NCBI RefSeq assembly: GCF_001194135.2
Contig: NC_068997.1
Location: 21,149,776 to 21,213,775 of the forward strand
Direction of reading: 5' to 3'
DNA: 64,000 nucleotides
Origin: Octopus bimaculoides
Taxonomy: Eukaryota
Part shown: positions 12,711 through 26,853 of the stretch, one piece after another
Layout of the letters: every line of letters begins with the position of its first letter
Position numbering within the stretch: position 1 is the stretch's first letter
The notes under the pieces: generated by a model
The model's input: only the letters and a program-made list of their open reading frames with translations
Database searches by the model: none
Told to the model about the DNA's origin: nothing
Made by a program: the position numbers and the translations under genes

Positions 12711-13543
12711 TCAAACATAATGGAAGACGGGAAATTTGGATATTCTTCCTGAGGAAAATGTCCTCCATTTGGCAGATTAAGTACTGAAAACTGTAGTTCA
12801 TTAAATACTAATTATACCGTCTTTGGTATCTTCCAGGTAGTATCCAAAGGGACGAAATATTTGTTTTGCTTTCCAGAAATGTCGAAAATGTAATTACAAC
12901 ATCGTACGCATTTCATTGGGAACAGTGACTTATATCAAATTCTTTAAAGTATGGAACTGTTTCAATATACCACACAGGGGTGGGGAATGCTTAAATCGAA
13001 GAAAGTTAAAATTGTTGTTGACTCTCTACCTGTCCATGTGTTACTGTATCTCATAAGTGTTTGAAATTACAGATGAATGTAAGCGTTATAAATCTTTGAG
13101 TTGAGAAACCGTTTTTCAAGTTCAATCTCCGCATTTCAAAGGGTTAATGAAGCGGGTAGCTGAACGTGATCTGCACACAGACCTTACTAAACTATATCTA
13201 TGGGACTTTTTTTCTAAATATCTTAACATACGCATCTATGCCCACATACACACATGCACACTTATTACGAACACTATTAAGAGGAATCGCACAACGGAAC
13301 TTATAATTGGTCGTCACCTTTCGTGTAAAACGCGCGCGCGCGCACGCACACACACACACTCACACACACACGCACTGACAAATGTATGTGAACTTGCATC
13401 TATATATCTTCTATATAATTATATACAGGTATAATTATCCCTTTACGCCTGTCTCTCTCGTTCTCTCTGTACGTATACATATGCACATATATAATATATA
13501 TGTATATATGTGTATGTGTGTGTGTGTGTATTATATTATATTA

Positions 13544-13748
<205 letters not shown>

Positions 13749-15344
13749 ATAGCAGTGTAGAGATGAAAGCTGAAATATCTATGAACATGTACATCTCTCT
13801 TTTTACTCTGCTAGAAGTAAAATGAGGAGTGCCAAGCAGAAAGTAAGCGTTTTATTTTTTTCCTGTCCTGGAGACTCAGAGAAGCGTCTGTATAAGATGC
13901 AAACACAGCAACGGTAACAGCGGTAGAACAGCACATTATCCACTCGCCTACCTACCCTGTGTTTATAAACACCACACTTCACCCCCTCGATATAATTCAC
14001 ATACATTCATCTTTGATTCAACTGCCATTTTCGTCTGCTTTAATTTGTATCATTTACCTTACAACATTTATTCCTCCGTTCATTTACACCAATTCTCATT
14101 TTTGCAAACTGCTCGCCATTCTAATTGTCCGCATGTCACACATAGTTAGACTAGCAGTTAAGCATAACTCTAGTAATCTGTCGTCTGATTGATAGATCTA
14201 TGGCTTAACTATACCCAGTCATAGTATATATTAGTCATGTCTTCTAATTGACAAAAATGGTATTCCTGTCAAGTCAGTCTTACATTTTCTCTATGTTCTG
14301 ATATAAATCCCACCCATATCTTTCACCACCACCACTTTCACATACTTACACACACAATCTCTCTCTCTCTCCCTCTCCCTCTTTCTATCTTTCTTACTCC
14401 TCTCCCTATCTTTCTCTATCACATTCTACACTGTACACTTCTCTCTCTCTCTCTCTCTCTCGCTCTCTCTCTCTCACTGTTTCTCTTTCTTTCTCGACTT
14501 TCCAATCCAAGTAGCCATATCAGTCGAGCAGAGAGCATTCATCATTATTACTGAGTTTGTTACTACTAATTCAGTTGAAATGTTTTAACAGCAAGGAATT
14601 ACTTTCACGGTCATTCTCTTTTTTGTTTCTTTTTTTCTCAATCTCTCTCTCACACTCCACACTCCCTCTCTCTCTCTCTCTCTATCTCTATCTCTCATTC
14701 TTTCCTTTCTTTTTTTTCTCGCATTCTCTTCCTCCTTTCGTTTCAACTGTTCGTATCTCGTATTTGAAACCATTTTGTCACTACAACTCTTTAATGGCTT
14801 CATCAGATTATCGTCTGCCAGCCTAATGCAATTAGATGTAATATTTTCTTTCTCTTTTTTTTTTGCCTTTTTTATTATCATTTTGTATTCTTTTTTCGCT
14901 CCTCTCTCTCTCTCTCTCTCTCTCCCTCTCTGTTACTCTCCTCTTTCATTGCCTACGTAGTTCCTTTTGCCAATCTTACGTTCTTATATTTATAATAATG
15001 ACGCTGACAGCCCCGAGTAATAATTCTTACCTTTCTTTCCTTTGACAAACTGTTGCAGTTTCACCATCAACTTCACCAACTATAAATTCCAACCATTACC
15101 AACTTCCACCGCCATGGCCACCTCCAATCACTATCATTATTACAATCGCAACTCCTATCATTTCTACAACCACTGCTACTTTCACAATTTCCATTAATGG
15201 CATCAACACGAGCTCTACAATGGTCTTCACCATATACTATCACGCGCATTCATAATAACAGTACAATGTGTGTGTGTGAGAGTGAGTGTGCATGTAGGTG
15301 TGTGCAATTGTATGTTTGCGCTTGTGTTTATCTAGCTATCTCTA

Positions 15345-15378
<34 letters not shown>

Positions 15379-15439
15379 CCCATCTATCTATATATCTATC
15401 TCTATATGTACACACACACGCACACACACACACACACAT

Positions 15440-15521
<82 letters not shown>

Positions 15522-15639
15522 ACATATAGAGATAGATAGATAGGTAGATAGATGGGTAGATAGATAGATAGATGTACATATATATATATACATACATACA
15601 TACATACATATTATACATACCATTACAAGCACTAACTAG

Positions 15640-16600
15640 CGTTACAGCAGCCAGCAGTGATGACAGCCCACTGTCATAGCAAATATTATGTCAAGTATTA
15701 TTATTAACAATCACATCATTAACATCTCACCTAATCGCCACCATTACAACAACTATGATCACCCAAAAACATCACCATGACCACAATCACTGCCACCATC
15801 AACGCCATCATCACCATCACCACCATTATCACCATCAGCACCACCGTCACCATACCCCCTGCCAACCCCAAAACCGCACCACGATTCTCACTACACCAAC
15901 TCAACCACCACTGTCATATTATACACACCATAATGCCACCGGCAATGCCAAATCTTAATCGTCACTGTCACAACAACTACCACCACCATGGCTGTCCCCT
16001 ATTGTAACTACATCACAATGCCCCTAACTACCACAACTGCCATTACCAACACTACTGCCACTAATAATAATAATACCACCACCACCACCATTACAATAAT
16101 ATCTTCCCAAAATTATCGCAGCTCCCATCCCGCCATATGTAGTATCAAATGCTAAAACATTCCACCAATCAAGCCCTAAAACCCAGTCACGACAATACAG
16201 ACAGTTTCACCCTCAATACCTTTACAGTAAGACTATACAACCAAACTCAATCCCTACCACATCAATGCCATCACATTACCCTTGCTTTTGCCGTCATTAC
16301 CACCACCACTACCACCCCCACTACTGCCACCCCCACTACTGCCACCCCCACCACCGCTACCAGCGTCCCACCCCATAATCATTAGCAACAACAGTAACAA
16401 CATAGTAGCCCCAAATAACACCAATATAAACATTGCCACCATTAACAATGCCAACATCAGTACCATTACTATCACAAACCCCCATAACAACAACAGCAAC
16501 ATTACTAAGTCATATACAACATCAATACCAGCAGGACCAACAATGACAGCAGCAGCAGCAGTAGCAGCTAGAACAAAACAAAACTAAGACAAAAGAAAAA
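15640..16600. repeat. Degenerate A/C-rich low-complexity tract (ACC/ATC/AAC mosaic)
   Basis: Strongly G-poor on the plus strand; contains CCACCCCCACTACTG x2-3 at about 16313-16352. Confidence 0.85.
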
Positions 16601-17115
16601 TAATAATAATAAAAAAGAAGCTAACAACGGTAGATTATTAATCTTCTCTCTTTATAACTTGATTCAGATCAGATTGACTACGTTCGGAAGACTGGCTTTA
16701 TCCGTTGAAGATCAGAGACAACTTAGTTGTTAAAAAATAAAAATGAAAAATAAAAATTAAAAAAAAAACAAAACAAAACGGAAAGCAAAAACAAAAAAAG
16801 CAAATCACCCTAACAAACAAAGAAACTAGTGCAATATTTCAGAGTATCCAGGGAATTTAGGTCCATTGACAAACCTCAGATTTTTTTTTTTTTTAGGAAC
16901 TTTCAACAATGCAGCAAATATGTCTGCAAGTACGTTGCTAGATAGCTTTATGTTTTATCTCTAAATATATACAACCATCCACAAAGAAAAAAAGAAAAAA
17001 GAAACAATCAAAATGTCGCCGTTTAATTTCTGTTTGCATTCTAATCCTTATTCCTCTTTAACCTTTTTTTTTTTCAATATTATATTTCGTTTCCATTATG
17101 GGTTTTTTTTTCCAG

Positions 17116-17218
<103 letters not shown>

Positions 17219-17596
17219 ATTTCACTTCACAGTTATTCTAGTTCATAATGTTTCGAATTATTGCAAAAAGAAAAAAATATGATGATGATGATGACGATGA
17301 TGATGATGATGATAATTGGGGCCGGTGTAAGGGTAACAGAGAAATGGTTATCTTTTTGTTGTTGTGGTTGTTTTAAATATTTTTGTTTGTTTTCTCTTTT
17401 GTCTTCACACTTAATATATCACGAAGTAAATTGCCAAATTATCTATTTCTGTGAAGTCACATTACTTGAGTAAACTGCAAGCTTGAACCTTCAGATTCAC
17501 TGGGTGGTTTATACATACATACATACATACATACATACATACATACACACACATAAATACATACATACATGCATACATATATATATACATACATAC

Positions 17597-17627
<31 letters not shown>

Positions 17628-18265
17628 NNNNNNNNNNNNNNNNNNNNNNNNNNNNNNNNNNNNNNNNNNNNNNNNNNNNNNNNNNNNNNNNNNNNNNNNN
17701 NNNNNNNNNNNNNNNNNNNNNNNNNNNNNNNNNNNNNNNNNNNNNNNNNNNNNNNNNNNNNNNNNNNNNNNNNNNNNNNNNNNNNNNNNNNNNNNNNNNN
17801 NNNNNNNNNNNNNNNNNNNNNNNNNNNNNNNNNNNNNNNNNNNNNNNNNNNNNNNNNNNNNNNNNNNNNNNNNNNNNNNNNNNNNNNNNNNNNNNNNNNN
17901 NNNNNNNNNNNNNNNNNNNNNNNNNNNNNNNNNNNNNNNNNNNNNNNNNNNNNNNNNNNNNNNNNNNNNNNNNNNNNNNNNNNNNNNNNNNNNNNNNNNN
18001 NNNNNNNNNNNNNNNNNNNNNNNNNNNNNNNNNNNNNNNNNNNNNNNNNNNNNNNNNNNNNNNNNNNNNNNNNNNNNNNNNNNNNNNNNNNNNNNNNNNN
18101 NNNNNNNNNNNNNNNNNNNNNNNNNNNNNNNNNNNNNNNNNNNNNNNNNNNNNNNNNNNNNNNNNNNNNNNNNNNNNNNNNNNNNNNNNNNNNNNNNNNN
18201 NNNNNNNNNNNNNNNNNNNNNNNNNNNNNNNNNNNNNNNNNNNNNNNNNNNNNNNNNNNNNNNNN

Positions 18266-18307
<42 letters not shown>

Positions 18308-18689
18308 TTTGGTGGGTTTGAGGACAGTTGACCCTGTGAGACTGGAACTAAGACGATAAAAGGAATGCTAAGGTGATTCGACAGAAGATCTGATATTTTG
18401 GTATTAGGATGGCCCAACAGTCTTCAGTTATTATGGAACGCAGAACGCTTAGGGAAACATTTAACAGGAATGAATGTTTTCTGAAGAGAAAACGTAATGT
18501 GTTCGATTGAAATTCTCTATCTTTTACTGCTTCCATTCGACTTCCCTTCTTACCATTACCTTGGTATTTTGTTCCATAGTGAACAGGATACGTACCAGTA
18601 ATTTACGTTGGTCCATGCCGTCAACAGCCTTCTGTTACACATTAGAGAATCGTATTACTTTCGCAGATCCACCAAAGCCACCGCTTTTA

Positions 18690-19310
18690 TCAACGACGCC
18701 ATCGTCGTCGTCATAATAATAATAACAATAATAATAATAACAATAATAATAATAACAATAATAATAATAATCATAATAATAATCATCCTTACCGACTAAC
18801 ACCACCACCACCACCACCAGCCCCCATCAGCACCCTCAGAATTGTCATCATTATAACCAGCATCATCATCTTCATCATCCTCATTATCATAACCATGACC
18901 ACCACCACCGCCACCACTGTCATCATCGTCGTTCACGTCGTCATCGCTTTGCTGAAGATAATTACTGCTATTGTCATCGCATCCTTTATAATTGTAACTG
19001 CAAGAGAAGTAAAAATATCGATAAGTCAACAACCCCCTCCCTCCCTCCACACCCACAACCCCCACAGCACCACCAACACCAACATCACCGTCCTCCTCCT
19101 CCTCCTCCTCATCATCATCATCATCATCTTAGTCAGCAACTTTATCATCATCACCATGTTGTCATCGTTGTCATCACTGCGATAATCATACGGTAATCAC
19201 AACCATTTCTTCCCCTCCTCCTCTTCTTCTTCTTCTTCTTCTTCTTCTTTTTCTTCTTCTTCTTTTTCTTCTTCGTCATCGTCGATGACAAAAATACCAT
19301 CATCATCATC

Positions 19311-19342
<32 letters not shown>

Positions 19343-19461
19343 CGTCGTCGTCATCGTCATCATCATCATCATCATCATCAGTATCATCATCATCATCGTC
19401 ATCATCATCATCATCATCATCATCGTCATCATCATCATCATCATCATCATCATCGTCATCA

Positions 19462-19492
<31 letters not shown>

Positions 19493-19700
19493 CAGCATTG
19501 TCATTTATCCTCGTTACTCTCGTTCAAGTCGTCGCCACTCTTCTGTCTTACCGTCATCATTAACTGGCACCTCTACCACCATCACCACCACCATGGCCAG
19601 CACTACTACTACTACTACTACTCAACATTGTCTCTGCCGCTACCACTACCACCACTACCACCACCGCCACCGCCATCATTATCGTCCACATCAGTAGCAA
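18690..19700. repeat. Trinucleotide mosaic (AAT, ACC, TTC, CAT/CGT, ACT)
   Basis: Direct; longest (CAT)n at about 19297-19490. Confidence 0.93.
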
Positions 19701-19852
19701 TATCCATAACCTTCATTACACGCGATTTCCTAACGAGTTCATTTTTCACGGATCAATATTCGTCTGGAAAGTATAAACGTCACAGCAGTTTGATCTGTTA
19801 TCCTCCCCTTCGCAATGTCCGTGTGTGAGGAGGATTGATGGGGGTGTAAATT

Positions 19853-19894
<42 letters not shown>

Positions 19895-20497
19895 CAAGGA
19901 AGGCGGAAAATTTGTATAACTTTGTATGCGTATGTGTATGAATGTGTGTGTGTAAGTGTGTATAGGTCAGAGAGAGAGAGAGGGGGGAGAGGAGAGACGC
20001 AGGGTGTATGAGTGTATATGTGTGTGTGTAATAAGGGCATGATTGTTATGCAGTATATTAACCCGACCCCCATGGCGAGTTCCAGGATTCGGCTCTTTAT
20101 ATGGTTGTTTGTCTTTGAACGGGTGCTCGGGTGTATCCTGCATTGTGTTGTTTGTGTATGCATCTGTGTGTGTGTGGGNNNNNNNNNNNNNNNNNNNNNN
20201 NNNNNNNNNNNNNNNNNNNNNNGGGGGGGGGGGCGTTAATGTGTGTGTGTGCGTGAGTGTGTGTGTATGCGTATGTGTGCGTGTGTGTGTGTGTGCGTGA
20301 CCTGAACTTTTAACTACCTCTCTCCCGTTATATCACATATTACCAAAGTATGGTTGTCTTGTACTCCTAGTCTCTCTCTTTCTTTCTTTCTCTCTGTCTC
20401 TCTCTTTCTTTCTGTATATGTATTGGTTCGTGTGTGTGAGTATGTATATGTATGTATGTGCATATATGCATGTTACATTTGTTTGTGTGCGTGTATG

Positions 20498-20577
<80 letters not shown>

Positions 20578-20687
20578 CATATACATATATATATGTGCAC
20601 ATGTACATGTTACAACTGGGTGTATATGTGTGTGCTTGTGTGTGTATACGTGCGTGCGTGAATGTGTGTGTGCGTGTGTGTGTGTGT

Positions 20688-20726
<39 letters not shown>

Positions 20727-21668
20727 NNNNNNNNNNNNNNNNNNNNNNNNNNNNNNNNNNNNNNNNNNNNNNNNNNNNNNNNNNNNNNNNNNNNNNNNNN
20801 NNNNNNNNNNNNNNNNNNNNNNNNNNNNNNNNNNNNNNNNNNNNNNNNNNNNNNNNNNNNNNNNNNNNNNNNNNNNNNNNNNNNNNNNNNNNNNNNNNNN
20901 NNNNNNNNNNNNNNNNNNNNNNNNNNNNNNNNNNNNNNNNNNNNNNNNNNNNNNNNNNNNNNNNNNNNNNNNNNNNNNNNNNNNNNNNNNNNNNNNNNNN
21001 NNNNNNNNNNNNNNNNNNNNNNNNNNNNNNNNNNNNNNNNNNNNNNNNNNNNNNNNNNNNNNNNNNNNNNNNNNNNNNNNNNNNNNNNNNNNNNNNNNNN
21101 NNNNNNNNNNNNNNNNNNNNNNNNNNNNNNNNNNNNNNNNNNNNNNNNNNNNNNNNNNNNNNNNNNNNNNNNNNNNNNNNNNNNNNNNNNNNNNNNNNNN
21201 NNNNNNNNNNNNNNNNNNNNNNNNNNNNNNNNNNNNNNNNNNNNNNNNNNNNNNNNNNNNNNNNNNNNNNNNNNNNNNNNNNNNNNNNNNNNNNNNNNNN
21301 NNNNNNNNNNNNNNNNNNNNNNNNNNNNNNNNNNNNNNNNNNNNNNNNNNNNNNNNNNNNNNNNNNNNNNNNNNNNNNNNNNNNNNNNNNNNNNNNNNNN
21401 NNNNNNNNNNNNNNNNNNNNNNNNNNNNNNNNNNNNNNNNNNNNNNNNNNNNNNNNNNNNNNNNNNNNNNNNNNNNNNNNNNNNNNNNNNNNNNNNNNNN
21501 NNNNNNNNNNNNNNNNNNNNNNNNNNNNNNNNNNNNNNNNNNNNNNNNNNNNNNNNNNNNNNNNNNNNNNNNNNNNNNNNNNNNNNNNNNNNNNNNNNNG
21601 TGTATGTGACCGTAAATATATTGTGTGTATGCGCGTGTGTGGGGGTGTATACATACTCATATACATAC

Positions 21669-21732
<64 letters not shown>

Positions 21733-23011
21733 CTATCTATTTGCGTAATGCACACGGTTCACACATGCACACATATATGTATGTATACTCATACTTATAT
21801 ACAGATATATAGATGTGTGTGTGTATGTGTATGTGTACATGTGTCTTCGTGTGTCTGTGTGAATATAAATATATATATATATATAATATGTAGGCATACA
21901 TATGCGTATTATAGACATATTACACGCATATGCATCGTACAAAGTATTTCTAAAAACTAAATAAATATAGCTAATAAAACTTTGACCCATGACGAGATGA
22001 AACAAATTTATGCCCGTGTATATACACACGTACAAAAACACACACACACACACACACACACAAACGCACATGCACACACGCACACACATACATTGACCCA
22101 CACGCACGACGCATATCCATATAAATCTATATGTACCAAAATGCTTACATATATACATGTATATATNNNNNNNNNNNNNNNNNNNNNNNNNNNNNNNNNN
22201 NNNNNNNNNNNNNNNNNNNNNNNNNNNNNNNNNNNNNNNNNNNNNNNNNNNNNNNNNNNNNNNNNNNNNNNNNNNNNNNNNNNNNNNNNNNNNNNNNNNN
22301 NNNNNNNNNNNNNNNNNNNNNNNNNNNNNNNNNNNNNNNNNNNNNNNNNNNNNNNNNNNNNNNNNNNNNNNNNNNNNNNNNNNNNNNNNNNNNNNNNNNN
22401 NNNNNNNNNNNNNNNNNNNNNNNNNNNNNNNNNNNNNNNNNNNNNNNNNNNNNNNNNNNNNNNNNNNNNNNNNNNNNNNNNNNNNNNNNNNNNNNNNNNN
22501 NNNNNNNNNNNNNNNNNNNNNNNNNNNNNNNNNNNNNNNNNNNNNNNNNNNNNNNNNNNNNNNNNNNNNNNNNNNNNNNNNNNNNNNNNNNNNNNNNNNN
22601 NNNNNNNNNNNNNNNNNNNNNNNNNNNNNNNNNNNNNNNNNNNNNNNNNNNNNNNNNNNNNNNNNNNNNNNNNNNNNNNNNNNNNNNNNNNNNNNNNNNN
22701 NNNNNNNNNNNNNNNNNNNNNNNNNNNNNNNNNNNNNNNNNNNNNNNNNNNNNNNNNNNNNNNNNNNNNNNNNNNNNNNNNNNNNNNNNNNNNNNNNNNN
22801 NNNNNNNNNNNNNNNNNNNNNNNNNNNNNNNNNNNNNNNNNNNNNNNNNNNNNNNNNNNNNNNNNNNNNNNNNNNNNNNNNNNNNNNNNNNNNNNNNNNN
22901 NNNNNNNNNNNNNNNNNNNNNNNNNNNNNNNNNNNNNNNNNNNNTATCATACACAACTTATATTAGTTTGACACTCAAGAAATTTATATATGTGTGTATA
23001 TATCAATATCA

Positions 23012-23077
<66 letters not shown>
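23012..23077. repeat. (GATA)n microsatellite
   Basis: Direct. Confidence 0.97.
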
Positions 23078-23593
23078 CCTCTAAATACCAAGTTCTATGC
23101 GAGCAGAGTAAACAGTTTTGTAACATATACCGCTGTTAGGAGTGGAATGACTCAAAACGTTACATGAATTAGAGAATCCGATATCTTTTCGTGTTATTCC
23201 AAGATCTGTCAATCTTGCGCGTTTGACTATACTTCGCTAACGAGGTTATAATAAATCTGAAACATGGACCCGGATTGTCAACCTGTTGTCCATGATTAGA
23301 TTCATCTACCATTATATTTCACATTTGATTATTATTTGATTAATATTTCACCTAAACTTGGATCAAGTACGAAAAGAGCCGGGACAAATGCGATAAGACA
23401 TTTTTGTTTCTGATCCCTGCTAGTTTTTCTGCTAATCCGATCCCGCTTTACTGATAATCATGAGAGTTTCCTAACGTAGGCGTAATTTCAATACCGTTTC
23501 AGAAGGAAACAGTAGCTTTTATCGACCTTCAGTATTGAATGCTAACCTATTTTATCGAACGGAGAGTGATTAAACGTACAGATGACCTCCACA

Positions 23594-23670
<77 letters not shown>

Positions 23671-24335
23671 CGCACGCACACACACACATATATATGTGTG
23701 TATGTATTTATATATGCATTTAATTATGTGTGTATGTATTGTGAAGGTGAACTGTACTTATAATCTCTCCAGGGTCAGTCAATAAATTAAATAAGGCACC
23801 ATTCAATACTAAGAAGCGATATAACCCTTCTCAGGTGTTACTGATTTCAGTCTATGTTAGAAAACTAGTATGCCTATTTTTAAACTGGAGTTGCATTAGT
23901 ACTAAAAGATTAGAACGTCCGATACAAAATGCTTTGCGGTATTTTTTTTTTCTTTTCCTTGTTTTCGGGTCTGTAAATACTGGTTGCAAAATCGTGACAG
24001 AAACGATTTCGCATTTGATCTCAATTCAAATGAAATAAAAATCAAATATCAAAATACAACGGTTAGTAAGTCTGATCTTCAGCAATATGACGAAAAGTCG
24101 GAGCACGTTTCGGATTTATAGAACCTCGTTATTACAGCATCGTGTAACTCCCTAAACTTCTAGATATTTGACTAACTTGGACAGATATCAGATTCTAATT
24201 CATGTAGTTGTCATTGATAATGGACCATACCACCCACTCGCCTCCAAGAAAAGATTGAATGTCACAACAGTCCATTTCCTCCACTCGAATATAACTTGAG
24301 ATTTAATGTGTATATAAGTAAACGCCAGTATCAAT

Positions 24336-24465
24336 AAGGCGGTATATTTTAACTTGGGCTGATGATTATTGAGGCCGAGACCGATCTTTGCCTTTCATTA
24401 TTCTGAGGTCGATAAAATAAGTGTCAGTAAGGTAATGGAGTCAATTATATCGATTATATTTCCTT
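24336..24465 (+). mobile_element. SINE family A, partial and degenerate
   Basis: TTTGCCTTTCATTATTCTGAGGTCGATAAAATAAGT matches the family A central block. Confidence 0.6.
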
Positions 24466-25144
24466 AAAAAGAATCCTTGTTTCTAGGCAAAAGGAAAACC
24501 ATTATTAACGTTGTTGATATTATTGATTTCTCCCTCCCCTCTCCCTCTTCTCTCTCTCTTCTCTTCTCCCTCTCTCTTTCTTTCTCTCTCTCTCATTAAC
24601 ACACTTGGGTAAGTCGATAACTGGGTCAGCCTACATACCGAAGGTTTGACTGTTCGCATCCTTTCGTCGTTGTTGTCGTAGTGTTGTCGTCGTTGTAGCT
24701 TCGTCGTTGCCGCCGTCGTCGTCGTCGTCGTCGGCACCACTGCATTTAAGTTTTCATAGGATAAGAAATGAGAGTTGAAACTCGCCAAATAAATAAGCTT
24801 ACCTATCCGTAACTTAGCTGAAGTATTTTACAACTGACGGGTACTTTCTTTGACTTATAATGTTTAGATGAAACAGAACACGACAGACATCTCTCAACTG
24901 GGTCGCTCTCATAGAAGAACATTCATATTTCTCACTGATTTGTCTTCATGGGAAAAAAGATAGGCTTCTCCCAACTGGCTTGCTCTAACGGAAAGAAGAT
25001 AGACCTTTTCCAACAGGCTTGCTTTAAGACTCACTCCATAAGGACGAAGTTTTCAGTAAGACGAGGCAGCAAATCTTCTTGCATGATCGTGAGATGTGCC
25101 AAACGCTATTTCAATGAATGCAAATTACAAAGTAGACTTTTGAC

Positions 25145-25206
<62 letters not shown>

Positions 25207-25344
25207 CTTTCGTTTTTATGATAGTCTACTGCAATTATAATACTCTGATAACCAAAATTTCGTGCTCCGAGTTGAGTACCAGGAGTCGGTCCTGCTTTAT
25301 TCAATACACAAAACGAAAATTAGTACCCATAGATCTAATCGATT

Positions 25345-25528
25345 ATGGGAGCTGGCTGAATCGTTAACACGCCGGACAAAATGCTTAGCAGCATTTCGTC
25401 CGACTTTACATTCTTAGCACAAATTGCACCAAAGTCTACTTTGCATTTCATCTTTTCGAGTACCATTTGGACAGTCTAGCACCCTTCCCCAAAATTTCAG
25501 GCCTTGTGCCTATACCAGAAAGAATTAT
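25345..25528 (+). mobile_element. SINE family A, internally deleted
   Basis: GAGCTGGCTGAATCGTTAACACGCCGGACAAAATGCTTAGC...CCCCAAAATTTCAGGCCTTGTGCCTATACCAGAAAGAATTAT. Confidence 0.82.
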
Positions 25529-25604
25529 AAAATATGTATAAATCGATTATAGAATAACATATAGACGCCATTCTAAAAATCTCTTGGTCATTCTAATATT
25601 GGTC

Positions 25605-25825
25605 AGTATTCTTTAGGTAGAATCGTTAAGCGTCGAATGAAACAACTTAGTCTATGATACTCACTTACTACAACAGTTTACGGTCCTAGTTCTCAAAGTT
25701 CAAATTCTACCGTGAGCATCTTTAGATTTCATTCTTCCGAGATCGTTAAAAACAAACACCAGTGAAATAACTGGGACGGATTAATTGGTTATACACATCT
25801 CACCAAATTTCCGCCTTGTTATTAT
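25605..25825 (+). mobile_element. SINE family A, highly degenerate
   Basis: GGTAGAATCGTTAAG...AAGTTCAAATTCTACC...TTCATTCTTCCGAGATCG...ACCAGTGAAATAACTGGG...AAATTTCCGCCTTGT. Confidence 0.55.
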
Positions 25826-25874
25826 GCTGAAGGTGTAGGTCTTTGTTTTATAACGTTTCACTCATTGGAATTGA

Positions 25875-26138
25875 ATCATACAAGAGCCACCGCCTCGAAA
25901 GGTCTAGTCGAATAAATCGACGCCCAGTTCTTATTTTTAAGTCTCATACTTGTACAAGCGCTTTCTTTTGCTGAACCGCTAAGTTACGGAACCCAACACC
26001 GGTTGTCAAGGGCTGGTAGGGGACAAATATAAACACACACACACACATATACGAGAGGATCCCTCATAATTTTCGTCTGCCAAATTCACTCACAGGCCAC
26101 CGGTCAGCCCCGGGTTTTAATAGGGTTTATAGTAGAAG
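25875..26138 (-). mobile_element. SINE family C, headless diverged copy
   Basis: The reverse complement gives CTTCTACTATA...GTGAGTGAATTTGGCAGACG...CTTGACAACCGG...CGTAACTTAGCGGTTCAGCAAAAG...GTCGATTTATTCGACTA. Confidence 0.82.
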
Positions 26139-26277
26139 GCTCAGTGGTTAGGGCATCGGGCTCACAATTATGAGGTATGGAGTTCGATTCCCAGGCCGGG
26201 CTGTGTGATGTGTTCTTGAGCAAGACACTTTATTTCACGTTGCTCCAGTTCACTCAGCTGTAGAAATGAGTTGCGAC
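26138..26277 (+). mobile_element. CORE-type SINE, head and CORE only
   Basis: GGCTCAGTGGTTAGGGC, B-box GGAGTTCGATTCCC, TGTGTTCTTGAGCAAGACACTTTATTTCACGTTGCTCCAGTTCACTCAGCTGTAGAAATGAGTTG. Confidence 0.88.
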
Positions 26278-26291
26278 TTTGCCCTTCAATC

Positions 26292-26424
26292 AAGACCGAC
26301 AGAATAAGTACTAGGCTTACAAAGAATAAGTCCCAGGGTCGATTTTGCTCGACTAAAGGCGGTGCTCCAGCATGGCCGCAGTCAAATGACTGAAACAAGT
26401 AAAAGAGTAAAGAGTAAAAGAGTA
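26292..26424 (+). mobile_element. SINE family C, 3' third only (near identical to 49605-49741)
   Basis: AGAATAAGTACTAGGCTTACAAAGAATAAGTCC...CTCGACTAAAGGCGGTGCTCCAGCATGGCCGCAGTCAAATGACTGAAACAAGTAAAAGAG. Confidence 0.92.
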
Positions 26425-26791
26425 TATATATATATATATTGTGTGTGTATATATATATATATTGTTTACATATTTGTACATATATATTTCTATATATATT
26501 TAATATACTTAACATTAATATTAATATAAATATATGTATATACATATATGTGTGTGTGTATATGTATATGTGTATATATAAGCATTCACAAATAGATACA
26601 TAGACAGATAGGTACACATAAATTTGATTTTACCTTTCTCTGATCTCAAAAGTTTCACACTTCACACCTTCCTATCTCTCTACCTAGCTCCACCCTACCT
26701 CTCAACCCCTTCCTTCTTTCCTTTCTCTTCATCTCTATCTCTATCTCACCACTCTTTCTCTTAATCATTACCCACACCCCATCCTTCATCA

Positions 26792-26853
<62 letters not shown>

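Noticed and set aside
13815-13842. Possible 28-nt micro-exon: polypyrimidine tract + CTAG | AAGTAAAATGAGGAGTGCCAAGCAGAAA | GTAAGC
   Set aside because: Such splice-like pairs arise often by chance in 64 kb, the donor lacks the exonic AG, and there are no partner exons or homology. It needs RNA-seq junction reads.
26138-26210. tRNA-like A/B boxes (also at 29200-29283, 49325-49390, 51310-51385, 53150-53230)
   Set aside because: These are SINE heads continuing into repeat bodies. No complete cloverleaf or acceptor stem, so they are not called tRNA genes.
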